From the NCBI GenBank assembly GCA_012965045.1, contig DTSZ01000001.1:348937-412936 (forward strand): 64,000 bases of DNA, given 5' to 3'. This stretch comes from Candidatus Saccharimonadota bacterium. GTDB taxonomy: Bacteria > Patescibacteriota > Saccharimonadia > Saccharimonadales > DTSZ01. Each line of letters begins with the position of its first letter. Within the stretch, counting starts at the first letter, position 1. Of the stretch, positions 9,751 through 18,119 are shown in pieces. The notes below the pieces were generated by a model. The model was given only the letters and a program-made list of their open reading frames with translations. It was not told the DNA's origin and did not search any database. Both the position numbers and the translations under genes were made by a program.

Positions 9751-10613
9751 TTATGTTCACCTTCAATTTTACCGTTCATGCTCCGTAGTTGGTTTAAAGC
9801 TTCTTTTGCAGCACTTTGAGCCTTCGGCCCTTTTTCTGAGTCAACAAAATACCCATGCCAATGATGATCAAACTGCATAAAGTCTACCCCTTTACCTGGA
9901 ATGGTATGGGCTAGCACTACAACCGGCTTTTCGACTATAGCTTTTGCCATATTGCAAGCCGCGACAATGTCTTCAATATTGTGGCCATCGACTTCTAGTA
10001 CATGCCAACCAAACGCCTGCCACTTGGCTTTTAAATCTTCAAGTGGCATAACTTCTTCGGTTAGTCCGTCGATTTGAATGTTGTTACGGTCAACTATTAC
10101 CGTAAGGTTATATAAGTGGTATTTTGCAGCCAGCATAATGCCTTCCCAAATCACCCCTTCGTTAAGCTCGCCGTCACCTGTTAAGCAATAAACATACCGG
10201 CCGTGTTCACCACGGAGCTTTTGATCAAGGGCGAAGCCAACAGCCTGTCCAAGGCCATTTCCAAGCGGACCGCTGGTGTTTTCAATGCCAGGTAGTTTGG
10301 TGCGTTCTGGGTGCCCTTGCAAACGACTACCAAATTTACGCAGTGTTGCGAGTTCTTTTTTAGGAAAATAACCTGCGTGTGCCAAAGTCGTATACAAAAC
10401 TGGTGCAATGTGACCGTTAGACAGAAATACTGCGTCACGCTCAGCCCAATCAGGGTCTTTAGGATTGTGGTTTAAAACCTCAAAATAAAGAGCCGTAAAA
10501 ACATCGGCCATGCCTAATGGGCCCGCCACGTGTCCACTACCGGCTTCCTCGAGCATTTTTATGATATCTTGACGAATAGCATTCGCCTTTTTTTCAAGCT
10601 GTTTTGTTGTCAC
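9747..10613 (-). CDS. tkt: transketolase, N-terminal subunit (thiamine-diphosphate-binding domain)
   Basis: 288 aa with SGHVAGPLGMADV, LSNGH and TGDGELNEG (GDG-x-NEG ThDP/metal motif). Confidence 0.9.
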   Translation of the reverse strand: MTTKQLEKKANAIRQDIIKMLEEAGSGHVAGPLGMADVFTALYFEVLNHNPKDPDWAERDAVFLSNGHIAPVLYTTLAHAGYFPKKELATLRKFGSRLQGHPERTKLPGIENTSGPLGNGLGQAVGFALDQKLRGEHGRYVYCLTGDGELNEGVIWEGIMLAAKYHLYNLTVIVDRNNIQIDGLTEEVMPLEDLKAKWQAFGWHVLEVDGHNIEDIVAACNMAKAIVEKPVVVLAHTIPGKGVDFMQFDHHWHGYFVDSEKGPKAQSAAKEALNQLRSMNGKIEGEHK

Positions 10614-10619
10614 AAAATT

Positions 10620-11246
10620 TTATTCCGCTAATGCTACAAGTGTAGCATACGCTGACTGTGGATTTTTAGCTTTCTGAACAGCGCTACCAACATTAATAAA
10701 CTCAATGTTTCGAGACACTAATTTAGCTATATTATGCTCATTTGCACCACCGTCCCAACCAAGGGTCAGCTCTGGGTTCATGGCTCGCAGTGTTTCAACC
10801 TTGTCAAGTTGACTAAGATCAGCTTCGCCGCCGTAACTACCAAGTTTACCGCCAAATATTAAACAACCATCGGCTATAGCCAGTTCTGGAACATCATCAG
10901 GACGAGTCTCTGGTAATAGCGCCACATGAACAGCAATGTCCATGCTCTGTAGTTCTGTGAAGCTTTCTGAAAAACTACTACTTTCAGCATGTAAAATAAT
11001 TACGTCTGGTTGTTTGGCTACGAGGGTTTCAATATGTTCTGCTGGATTATCGACCATTAAATGAATATGCACCTTAGAAGATTCTGGCCAATGCGCTTGA
11101 ACAAGATTTATTGACTTTGGTTTTGCAAATTTGCCGTCCATAACATCGATATGCAAAATCGGAGCAAACGATAATACATCCACCAACCGATTGTATTCTT
11201 GAATATCTGTCGCAAGTACTGTGGGAATAATTTCAGCCACAAGCAA
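10620..11246 (-). CDS. rpe: ribulose-phosphate 3-epimerase family protein
   Basis: 208 aa with a TTG start. HIDVMDGKF resembles the Rpe HxDxMDGxF motif. TIM-barrel-like alternation and position among pentose-phosphate genes support the call. It is more divergent than its neighbours. Confidence 0.7.
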   Translation of the reverse strand: MLVAEIIPTVLATDIQEYNRLVDVLSFAPILHIDVMDGKFAKPKSINLVQAHWPESSKVHIHLMVDNPAEHIETLVAKQPDVIILHAESSSFSESFTELQSMDIAVHVALLPETRPDDVPELAIADGCLIFGGKLGSYGGEADLSQLDKVETLRAMNPELTLGWDGGANEHNIAKLVSRNIEFINVGSAVQKAKNPQSAYATLVALAE

Positions 11247-11527
11247 CTCCGTTGCTACGACTGTAGAATAGAGAATAGAGAGTAGAGAGTACTAAAATCA
11301 TACAAAAAGTATAACAGTATTGAAGATTCTTTAATGCAGAAGCCTAGCAGCAACACTTGAATTAAACTCAGGACTAACCTTAGTACCGAGCTGAGAATGA
11401 GAAGTTCGTACTGGAGTGCAATGCAAGAAAGTGCCGAAGCGAGGAGTAAGTCGAATAAGCAAGCACCACAAGATATAAATAGGCCACTTTATTAACGAGC
11501 TGCGAACTGCAAAATACGATCTGCTAT

Positions 11528-11986
11528 TTAGAGCGGAAAGTAGCTCTCTAGCTTATCAAGCCGCCTCGCATGGCGCGGCTCTTCTGGGCCTTTGTAGTCT
11601 GCGTTGAGCCAGGCTTCTACAATCTTTATATTATTTGCCTCAGATATAAAATCGCCCGACAAACAAACAGCGTTTGAGTTCTCATGCTGACGAACTTTCT
11701 TAGCCTCTTCAACACTCCACGCAAGCCCTGCTCGAATGCCAGGATTCCTATTTAGCGCCATGCACATGCCTTGTGCACTGCGGCAAATAGCAATACCCCA
11801 ACCGTAATCGTCAGAACGCAACATACGCACTAATTTTAGCGCGTAGTCTGGGTAGTCGTCTTGAGGGTCTTTAACCTGCGGACCAACGTCCTCAACTTTA
11901 TGACCCTGCTCGACTAAGTAGTTTTTAAGCTTTTCTTTTAGATCAAACCCACCGTGATCACTTGTCAGGTAGATAGTTCGTTTCAT
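11528..11986 (-). CDS. rpiB: ribose-5-phosphate isomerase B (RpiB/LacA/LacB family)
   Basis: 152 aa with LTSDHGGFDLKEKL and GIAICRSAQGMCMALNRNPGIRA, typical of the RpiB family. Confidence 0.9.
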   Translation of the reverse strand: MKRTIYLTSDHGGFDLKEKLKNYLVEQGHKVEDVGPQVKDPQDDYPDYALKLVRMLRSDDYGWGIAICRSAQGMCMALNRNPGIRAGLAWSVEEAKKVRQHENSNAVCLSGDFISEANNIKIVEAWLNADYKGPEEPRHARRLDKLESYFPL

Positions 11987-12099
11987 TATCGTTGTTCTTG
12001 CACTCGAATTCTAACAGGTGCAAATTGTTTGAAAATGCTTCGTACGATAGCTGTTGTTGAGTCTTTTTGGTAGCTCATTTGCAATTCCTTCTCTGCCAT
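11986..12099 (-). CDS. possible small ORF (37 aa) translationally coupled to rpiB
   Basis: Below the track cutoff. ATG at 12099-12097 has AAGGAG (rc of about 12106-12112) upstream. Translation is MAEKELQMSYQKDSTTAIVRSIFKQFAPVRIRVQEQR. Its TAA overlaps the rpiB ATG as TAATG (11984-11988). Confidence 0.3.
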   Translation of the reverse strand: MAEKELQMSYQKDSTTAIVRSIFKQFAPVRIRVQEQR

Positions 12100-12197
12100 T
12101 ATTTTTTCTCCTTTTTTATTTTTGTTTTTTGGATTTACATAATTAACGATACAGAACATTGCATAGTAGATGCAAATTCATTTGATTGTAAATATTG

Positions 12198-13211
12198 CTA
12201 CGCTAGTACTTTTCCAATGTCAGCTACAAGTTCAACCAGTCGGTTACTGTAACCCCATTCGTTGTCATACCACGCAACGACTTTAACCATATTGCCGCCA
12301 ACAACTTTGGTGTGACTTAGGTCTACGGTCGAACTGTGACTGTCTCCAACAAAATCGCTTGAAACAAGCGGCTCTTCTGTTACTGCTAAGATTCCTTGGT
12401 AAATCGGCATTGCCGCGGCTTCTTTAAAGGCACTGTTAACCTCTTCGACCGTTACATCTCGTTTTAACAAGAAAGTAAAGTCACTAACAGACCCAACCAT
12501 AGTTGGCACGCGAAACGCCATTCCATCAAATATACCTTTGTAATTTTCTAGCACTTCGCCAGTGGCGATCGCTGCACCAGTACTGGTAGGAATAATATTC
12601 TGGGCTGCTGCACGAGCACGACGCATATCACCGTGTGGTGCATCTTGCAGTCGTTGGTCGGCAGTGTAGCTGTGTATGGTTGTCATCATAGCCTTTTCAA
12701 CCCCAAAGTTAGCCTCCATGACAGCTGCCGGTGGAACTATACAGTTAGTAGTGCATGATCCGTTCGAAAACACTTGGTTGTCGTCGTCAACAAGTTTGTC
12801 GTCGTTTACTCCCAGCACATATGTCGATGAACCTTCGCTCTTGGCCGGGGCAGATATTACTACTCGCTTAGCGCCAGCCGTAACATGTTTTTTAGCGTCT
12901 TCAGTCTTAACAAATCGACCAGTCGATTCGATTACCACGTCAACATTCATGTCTCCCCACGGGAGTTTCTCTGGATCGGGTTCGTTTAAGACTTTAATCT
13001 CATGGCCGTCAACTACTATGCCGTTTTCGCTGGCTTCCACATCATGTGCGTAACGCCCGTACGCTGTATCGTACTTCAGTAGGTGTGCCAAAGTTGGGTT
13101 GTCGGTTAAGTCATTAAGTGCAACTATTTCAATATCTTTACGTTCAAACGCTACTTTAAAAGCGTTCCGGCCGATTCTTCCAAATCCGTTGATTGCTACT
13201 TTTAATGCCAT
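12198..13211 (-). CDS. gap: type I glyceraldehyde-3-phosphate dehydrogenase
   Basis: 337 aa with INGFGRIGR (NAD fold), active-site SNGSCTTNC and C-terminal WYDNEWGYS. Confidence 0.95.
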   Translation of the reverse strand: MALKVAINGFGRIGRNAFKVAFERKDIEIVALNDLTDNPTLAHLLKYDTAYGRYAHDVEASENGIVVDGHEIKVLNEPDPEKLPWGDMNVDVVIESTGRFVKTEDAKKHVTAGAKRVVISAPAKSEGSSTYVLGVNDDKLVDDDNQVFSNGSCTTNCIVPPAAVMEANFGVEKAMMTTIHSYTADQRLQDAPHGDMRRARAAAQNIIPTSTGAAIATGEVLENYKGIFDGMAFRVPTMVGSVSDFTFLLKRDVTVEEVNSAFKEAAAMPIYQGILAVTEEPLVSSDFVGDSHSSTVDLSHTKVVGGNMVKVVAWYDNEWGYSNRLVELVADIGKVLA

Positions 13212-13285
13212 GTATCACCCTTCTAAAAATCTATTACTAGTGAAATAGTATAGAAATCACCACTGTCGTGCAAACTGTTTATGCT

Positions 13286-14020
13286 TTAGGCAGTTTGCAC
13301 TACATCGCTAATGACGTCACTGGTTAGTCCGTCAATAACTAACCGCGCTCGGCCTTCAAATATATGTCCTGTTTCTACTAAACTAACATCCGCAACGGCA
13401 CGTCCGCCCTCATCGAGCCCAACAGCTTCAGTTGTAAATTGCACCGGTAGAGTTGGCTCTACCCAGCCGTGCTGCATCCATTCTTTTTCATCAGCATTGG
13501 CAAGTGTTACGGCTCCAATAAACTGACTAGCTTTTGCGATTCTTGTTTGCCCAACCCACTCCTGTGCAGCGAAGGCAGTTTTGACCTCTCGATGATGCTT
13601 CAAATCGACTCTCACGCCTGGTTCAAGAAGCCCAACTACTATTGGTCTATCACTGTTGCCTTCAGGCAAAATGTCTTTCATCTTTACGTCCAGCATAAGC
13701 AAGCGCTCACTGGGACGAATTTGCGGAGACCGTACTTCAACTGGCCCATACGGCTTATCAAAATACATTCGATCAAACCGCCTACCGACGCTATACCTGA
13801 CTCCGGCACGTTGTCCGTATCGCATTCCAAGGTTAGGAGAAAAAGCAAGCGCCAATGACAAGTGACGCAATACCTCCGTATGGTCTATGATGCCGCCATA
13901 CGCCACTCGCCTCATGCGCGTCAGCTCAGTCTTGCTCGCATTATCTTTTTGTGCAGTTTTATATAACTGGAATTTTTCAATTCCTTGTAAAACTTTTTCT
14001 ATATTACTAAAATTACTCAT
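13286..14020 (-). CDS. hypothetical protein (244 aa)
   Basis: Long ORF with ordinary composition and no motif recognised. It is last in a tight three-gene minus-strand block. Confidence 0.55.
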   Translation of the reverse strand: MSNFSNIEKVLQGIEKFQLYKTAQKDNASKTELTRMRRVAYGGIIDHTEVLRHLSLALAFSPNLGMRYGQRAGVRYSVGRRFDRMYFDKPYGPVEVRSPQIRPSERLLMLDVKMKDILPEGNSDRPIVVGLLEPGVRVDLKHHREVKTAFAAQEWVGQTRIAKASQFIGAVTLANADEKEWMQHGWVEPTLPVQFTTEAVGLDEGGRAVADVSLVETGHIFEGRARLVIDGLTSDVISDVVQTA

Positions 14021-14035
14021 CTGCTTTTTAGTGTA

Positions 14036-14350
14036 TCACTCCATGACTTCAAGCTCGACACCACTATCAAACAAGCTCAAGAGAAAAATGCCATGTTCTT
14101 TTTGAACTGCAACGCTCAAAGTCAATGGCGATCGGACAATATCGGCCGTCTCTACTTGCGTAACCAATAGGTCTTCAATAACTGCAACAACAGTACAAGC
14201 TTTTAATTCCCCGGCCTCAAGTACAACGCTATAGGCATCTAATGCACGCTGTCGTAACTGATAACTTTCCCCAGGCTCACAACCACTCCCTAGGGCTTCA
14301 TTTAATATATTTACTTGCTTAACAAATTCACCAACAGCGCATTCACTCAC
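14036..14350 (-). CDS. hypothetical protein (104 aa)
   Basis: The GTG start at 14350 directly abuts the stop (14351-14353) of the upstream NUDIX gene. No motif recognised. Confidence 0.45.
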   Translation of the reverse strand: MSECAVGEFVKQVNILNEALGSGCEPGESYQLRQRALDAYSVVLEAGELKACTVVAVIEDLLVTQVETADIVRSPLTLSVAVQKEHGIFLLSLFDSGVELEVME

Positions 14351-14911
14351 TTACAAGATAAAATTTCTAGCCAACACCCCTATAGTTTGTGATTCCTTCA
14401 GCTCACCGTTCTTTATTAGTTGGGCAACTTCACTCCAATTAAATTCCTTTATTTCGTGAATTATCTCCCCTTCTTCTCGCGCATGCTGGTTTGTTAACTC
14501 CCAGTTATGTGAAGTCATATAGTACAGGTCGCGTTCAAATGTAGCAGTCATAATTACTTTTTCTAGAAATTCAGGATTATCGTTAACAATAATCCCAGCC
14601 TCTTCTTGGGCCTCTTGCATTGATTTCTTTTGTGCCATATCAATAAGATCCTTGCCAGCTTCTAGGTATTCCATCCATGGCTTTGCGAAGTCAAACATTT
14701 TACCTCCAGGCAATCGCCAGTCCGTAGACTTCATTTCGCGTCGGTACTCAGACTGTAAAATAACCTTAGAGCTATCGCGGTTCAGGCACAATAACCGCAC
14801 ACCGGGTGGACGTCTTACACGCTCCCATTGCTTACCGTTCACATCCGCATATTCAAACACGAATAATTGTGAACCAGCTATGGGTGTTTGCTGCCAATCA
14901 GGCTTTATCAT
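14351..14911 (-). CDS. NUDIX-family hydrolase (divergent)
   Basis: 186 aa. LPGGKM...SMQEAQEEAGI approximates the Nudix box GX5EX7REUXEEXGU, with the overall layout of ADP-ribose pyrophosphatase-like proteins. Confidence 0.65.
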   Translation of the reverse strand: MIKPDWQQTPIAGSQLFVFEYADVNGKQWERVRRPPGVRLLCLNRDSSKVILQSEYRREMKSTDWRLPGGKMFDFAKPWMEYLEAGKDLIDMAQKKSMQEAQEEAGIIVNDNPEFLEKVIMTATFERDLYYMTSHNWELTNQHAREEGEIIHEIKEFNWSEVAQLIKNGELKESQTIGVLARNFIL

Positions 14912-14917
14912 TTATGA

Positions 14918-15451
14918 TTATCCCTGCTTGTTCCAGCGTTCAATACACTCATTAATTACGCCGATCGCAGCTTCAGTATCACCAAAGCCCAATACTTCAG
15001 TTGTGCCAGGCTTTTTAAGGTCTTTGTAGTGATTAAAATGGTGCTCTATTTGTTGCTTCCAAGCATTGCCAAGCTCGTCAACAGTGTTGATCGAGCCATA
15101 ATGTCGGTCATCTTCCGGTACACAAATAACTTTATGATCCATCTCGCCACCATCGTCAAAATTAAGTACGCCAATTACTTTTGCTTTGGTAAAAACGCCA
15201 GTTGGAATTGGTTCAGACGTTACAACTAAGGTATCGAGCTCATCGCCGTCTTCGTCGAGTGTCTGCGGGATAAAACCATAATTAACTGGTTTTGCAAAAA
15301 TTCCCGGTTCGACTCGATCGAGCTCAAAACACGCTAAATTGCGGTTCCATTCAATTTTTAGCATGCTGCCTTTAGGGATTTCGATAACTGTATTAATCGA
15401 TCCGCTCGCTACATCGTCACCTGGTGTAAGAATTTGATTAAAATCTGGCAC
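14918..15451 (-). CDS. ppa: family I inorganic pyrophosphatase
   Basis: 177 aa with a GTG start and a GGAGG Shine-Dalgarno. VIEIPKGSMLKIE, DEDGDELD and the DHKV motif fit family I PPase. Confidence 0.93.
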   Translation of the reverse strand: MPDFNQILTPGDDVASGSINTVIEIPKGSMLKIEWNRNLACFELDRVEPGIFAKPVNYGFIPQTLDEDGDELDTLVVTSEPIPTGVFTKAKVIGVLNFDDGGEMDHKVICVPEDDRHYGSINTVDELGNAWKQQIEHHFNHYKDLKKPGTTEVLGFGDTEAAIGVINECIERWNKQG

Positions 15452-15478
15452 ATTTCCTCCTATAAATAGTTCTTGGAT

Positions 15479-15487
15479 AGTATAGCA
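15479..15487 (-). promoter_or_regulatory. extended -10 promoter element (TGcTATACT) upstream of ppa
   Basis: The rc of 15479-15487 reads TGCTATACT, 27 nt upstream of the ppa start. The same TATACT box recurs upstream of grx-like (18413-18421), gap (13247-13252) and sodN. Confidence 0.4.
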
Positions 15488-15530
15488 AATTACGTTCTGG
15501 ATTTAGGCCTGCTCGCTATAGCCGGCAAAT

Positions 15531-15576
15531 TATACACTTTTTGACGATCATAAAAGTTTGTATAGTTCGCCCGCGG
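15531..15576. repeat. copy A (degenerate) of a 36-nt palindromic intergenic element plus GC-rich right flank
   Basis: TATACACTTTTTGACGATCATAAAAGTTTGTATAG followed by TTCGCCCGCGG. It aligns with copies at 44733-44780 and 56444-56490. The arms match in 13 of 18 positions. Confidence 0.7.
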
Positions 15577-16038
15577 CTATTCAATTACTCTAACAACGCC
15601 GCGCATTGTAAATGGATGTGGTTCGCAAAAATAAACGTACTCGCCGCTTTCTTCAAACGTATAGCTAAAGCTTTCGCTATTTGCTAATAGGTCGCTATTA
15701 AGCCCTTGGGTTAAGCTATTGCTCCAAGAAACGATATTATGCCTAACATCACCAGTATTCGTCCATGTGACTGTTGTGCCTTTGCTTATAGTCAGCAGCG
15801 TTGGCTCAAAATAAAACTCACCAATGCTAACAGCAACGCTCGGTTGACCTACTGCATCAACCTCGCCATTATTGCCTGCTTCACTTAAATATGTTTGAGT
15901 GGCCTGGCTTAATTCGTTCAGAGCACTAGATTGTTCTGTGCTAGCATCCTGTTGTCTTCTGTCAGAATTATTTATCGTAAAAAATATTATGGCCGAACCG
16001 GCTATAACAAGACTAAGCCCGAAAAATAATTTATTCAT
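15577..16038 (-). CDS. cupredoxin (plastocyanin/amicyanin-like blue copper protein), membrane-anchored
   Basis: 153 aa. N-terminal hydrophobic anchor, TVTWTNTGDVRHN (His ligand) and YFCEPHPFTM (type-1 Cu C-x2-H-x4-M ligand set). Confidence 0.8.
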   Translation of the reverse strand: MNKLFFGLSLVIAGSAIIFFTINNSDRRQQDASTEQSSALNELSQATQTYLSEAGNNGEVDAVGQPSVAVSIGEFYFEPTLLTISKGTTVTWTNTGDVRHNIVSWSNSLTQGLNSDLLANSESFSYTFEESGEYVYFCEPHPFTMRGVVRVIE

Positions 16039-16062
16039 AAGTATATAGTTCTTTCTTATTAA

Positions 16063-16095
16063 AAAATCCGACCTACCAGTGGCGGGTCGGATTTT
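16063..16095 (-). terminator. rho-independent terminator hairpin
   Basis: 11-bp stem AAAATCCGACC / GGTCGGATTTT (16063-16073 / 16085-16095) with an 11-nt loop. On the minus strand it is followed by a T-run (rc of 16061-16066). It lies just downstream of the 16112-16783 gene. Confidence 0.6.
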
Positions 16096-16111
16096 ATCTA
16101 TAAACTCAAAT

Positions 16112-16783
16112 TTATAGGTTTTGCTGTTCTGCTATTGCACCAGCCAGCGCGTCAGCGATTTCGCCCATTTGGTCATAGGCTGCAGCCTCGTTGGCAAAGT
16201 AGCCTTCAATGTCGCCTGCAGCTAGTGAATCAACTGCAGCTACAACTAAGTCTCTGTGGCCGACAAGCAATGATTTAACTGTTTCCGGTGGTAGATCCAA
16301 GCCAGCTGTTTCGGTAAAGAAAGCTGTAGCCTGCTCGCCGTATCCAGCCAGGTCGTCCAAGGTCTGTTGCTGAACGTCTTCGTCTCCGTCTAGTACACCT
16401 TGCGTATAGCTAACGAAAAAACCAATATGCTCGCGCCATAGACTTAAAAATGCCTCTTCTTGTTCTGGATAAACACTCCCTACCAGACCAGCTATAGCAA
16501 CACTATTGTTATCAAGTTCGGACACCGCTGCTGCTGTTGTTTCTGAGTCAGCTCCATTAATTGCGATTGATCGCAACGCAACTGCTGCCTGAGTTACGTG
16601 TTGTTTTAGCTCTGTATTAAGCGCCAGTCGCAAGTCTGATGCTTCATCAGACACTGGTGACTGTTGCGTCGTTTGCGTAGTCTCCGAATCATCATCGCTC
16701 GCCCCGACTGTATACCCTATTACGCCCCCTAATACTAAACCTACGATGGCTAATGCCATTGCAGAACCTTTCATTGAATCCAT
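16112..16783 (-). CDS. hypothetical acidic, N-terminally anchored protein (223 aa)
   Basis: TM/signal segment MALAIVGLVLGGVIGY followed by an Asp/Glu/Ala-rich, helix-like region. No motif recognised. Confidence 0.6.
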   Translation of the reverse strand: MDSMKGSAMALAIVGLVLGGVIGYTVGASDDDSETTQTTQQSPVSDEASDLRLALNTELKQHVTQAAVALRSIAINGADSETTAAAVSELDNNSVAIAGLVGSVYPEQEEAFLSLWREHIGFFVSYTQGVLDGDEDVQQQTLDDLAGYGEQATAFFTETAGLDLPPETVKSLLVGHRDLVVAAVDSLAAGDIEGYFANEAAAYDQMGEIADALAGAIAEQQNL

Positions 16784-16915
16784 GGATTCTCCTTTTTATA
16801 GTTATTAATTAGTCATAATAATTTTTGCTTTTAAAAAGCTCCCGACTAACTAGCAGTTAAGTGTAGGGAGCTGAATGTATAGCTTATGTGAGAAAAACGT
16901 ATGACTATTGTATAA

Positions 16916-18097
16916 CTATTCGTTGGCCTCTAGAAATTCGCGTATTTTTAGAGCTGCTGTAGCGCCTTCGCCAACCGCCGAAGCAATTTGCATAGTTGCA
17001 CCGCTGCGCACATCACCAGCCGCGAACACACCATTAAGATTTGTCTGTAAATCCTCGTTGGTTTTTACAAATCCAGCTTCGTCGAGCTCAACTGAATCGC
17101 CCAAAAAGGCTGTATTTGGGCTCAAGCCAACAAACACAAACACCACGCCAACATTCATTTCTTGCGTTTCGTTTGTTTGATTGTTCTTAGTCGTAATTGA
17201 ATGGATTCGAACCCCTTCACCCTGGATTTCTTCGATTTCAGTATTAAAATGAACCGTAATCTTGTCGTTTTCTTGTACTTTTTGAATCAATACATCAGAC
17301 GCTCGCCAATGGTCTTTACGAATAAAAACATGTACTTGTTTGGCAAATTTTGTTAAAAACAAACTTTCTTGGGCTGCAGAGTTACCGCCGCCAATAACTG
17401 CCATCACTTGGTCTCGGTACAGAGCCCCGTCGCAGGTTGCACAATAATGTACGCCACGGCCATAGAACTCTTTTTCGCCTTTTACTCCTGCCTTTTTGTA
17501 ATCACTGCCAGTCCCAATAAGAACAGTCTTAGCTTTATAGTCACCGTCTGTCGACTTCACCACTCGGTAGTCGCCTTTGTCTTCAATCGCGGTAACTTCA
17601 GCAAGTTGAATAGTTGTACCAAACCGCAGTGCTTGTTTTTCTAGATTCTGAGCAAGCTCCATGCCACCAACACCGTCTGGAAACCCTGGGTAGTTCTCGA
17701 CGCTTTCAGTAACTGCAGCTAGTCCACCAACTACACCTTTTTCAAGTAAAACAGTTTCAAGATCCTCGCGGGTAGTATAAATCGCAGCGGCTAAAGAAGT
17801 CGGACCGGCACCGATACCAACTACGTCGTATATTTTGTCTTCTGAATGTTCTGCACTCATAGTTTTAAATTCCTCTTTTAACTCTTCGTTGCTTGGATTA
17901 ACTAAAATTTTACCATTAATGTCCAGCGTTGGTATTTCATGATGGCCGTTCGTCTTGGCTAGCATTTCATCTACAATTTCTTGCCCATCGTCCGGATCTC
18001 GTTCGGTGTAGTCGGTTAGATTGTTTTCGGACAACCACCGTTTGACACGAACACAGTCCGGACACCAATCTGAGCCATAGTACACAAACGAAGTCAT
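16916..18097 (-). CDS. trxB: thioredoxin-disulfide reductase fused to an N-terminal thioredoxin-fold (C-P-D-C) domain
   Basis: 393 aa. N-terminus YYGSDWCPDCVRVKRWL is a Trx/Grx-like redox motif. It is followed by GIGAGPTSLAAAIY (FAD), HYCATCDG (redox-active CATC) and VIGGGNSAAQE (NADPH). Confidence 0.9.
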   Translation of the reverse strand: MTSFVYYGSDWCPDCVRVKRWLSENNLTDYTERDPDDGQEIVDEMLAKTNGHHEIPTLDINGKILVNPSNEELKEEFKTMSAEHSEDKIYDVVGIGAGPTSLAAAIYTTREDLETVLLEKGVVGGLAAVTESVENYPGFPDGVGGMELAQNLEKQALRFGTTIQLAEVTAIEDKGDYRVVKSTDGDYKAKTVLIGTGSDYKKAGVKGEKEFYGRGVHYCATCDGALYRDQVMAVIGGGNSAAQESLFLTKFAKQVHVFIRKDHWRASDVLIQKVQENDKITVHFNTEIEEIQGEGVRIHSITTKNNQTNETQEMNVGVVFVFVGLSPNTAFLGDSVELDEAGFVKTNEDLQTNLNGVFAAGDVRSGATMQIASAVGEGATAALKIREFLEANE

Positions 18098-18119
18098 TGT
18101 CGATGCCGTAGCCGCAAGA

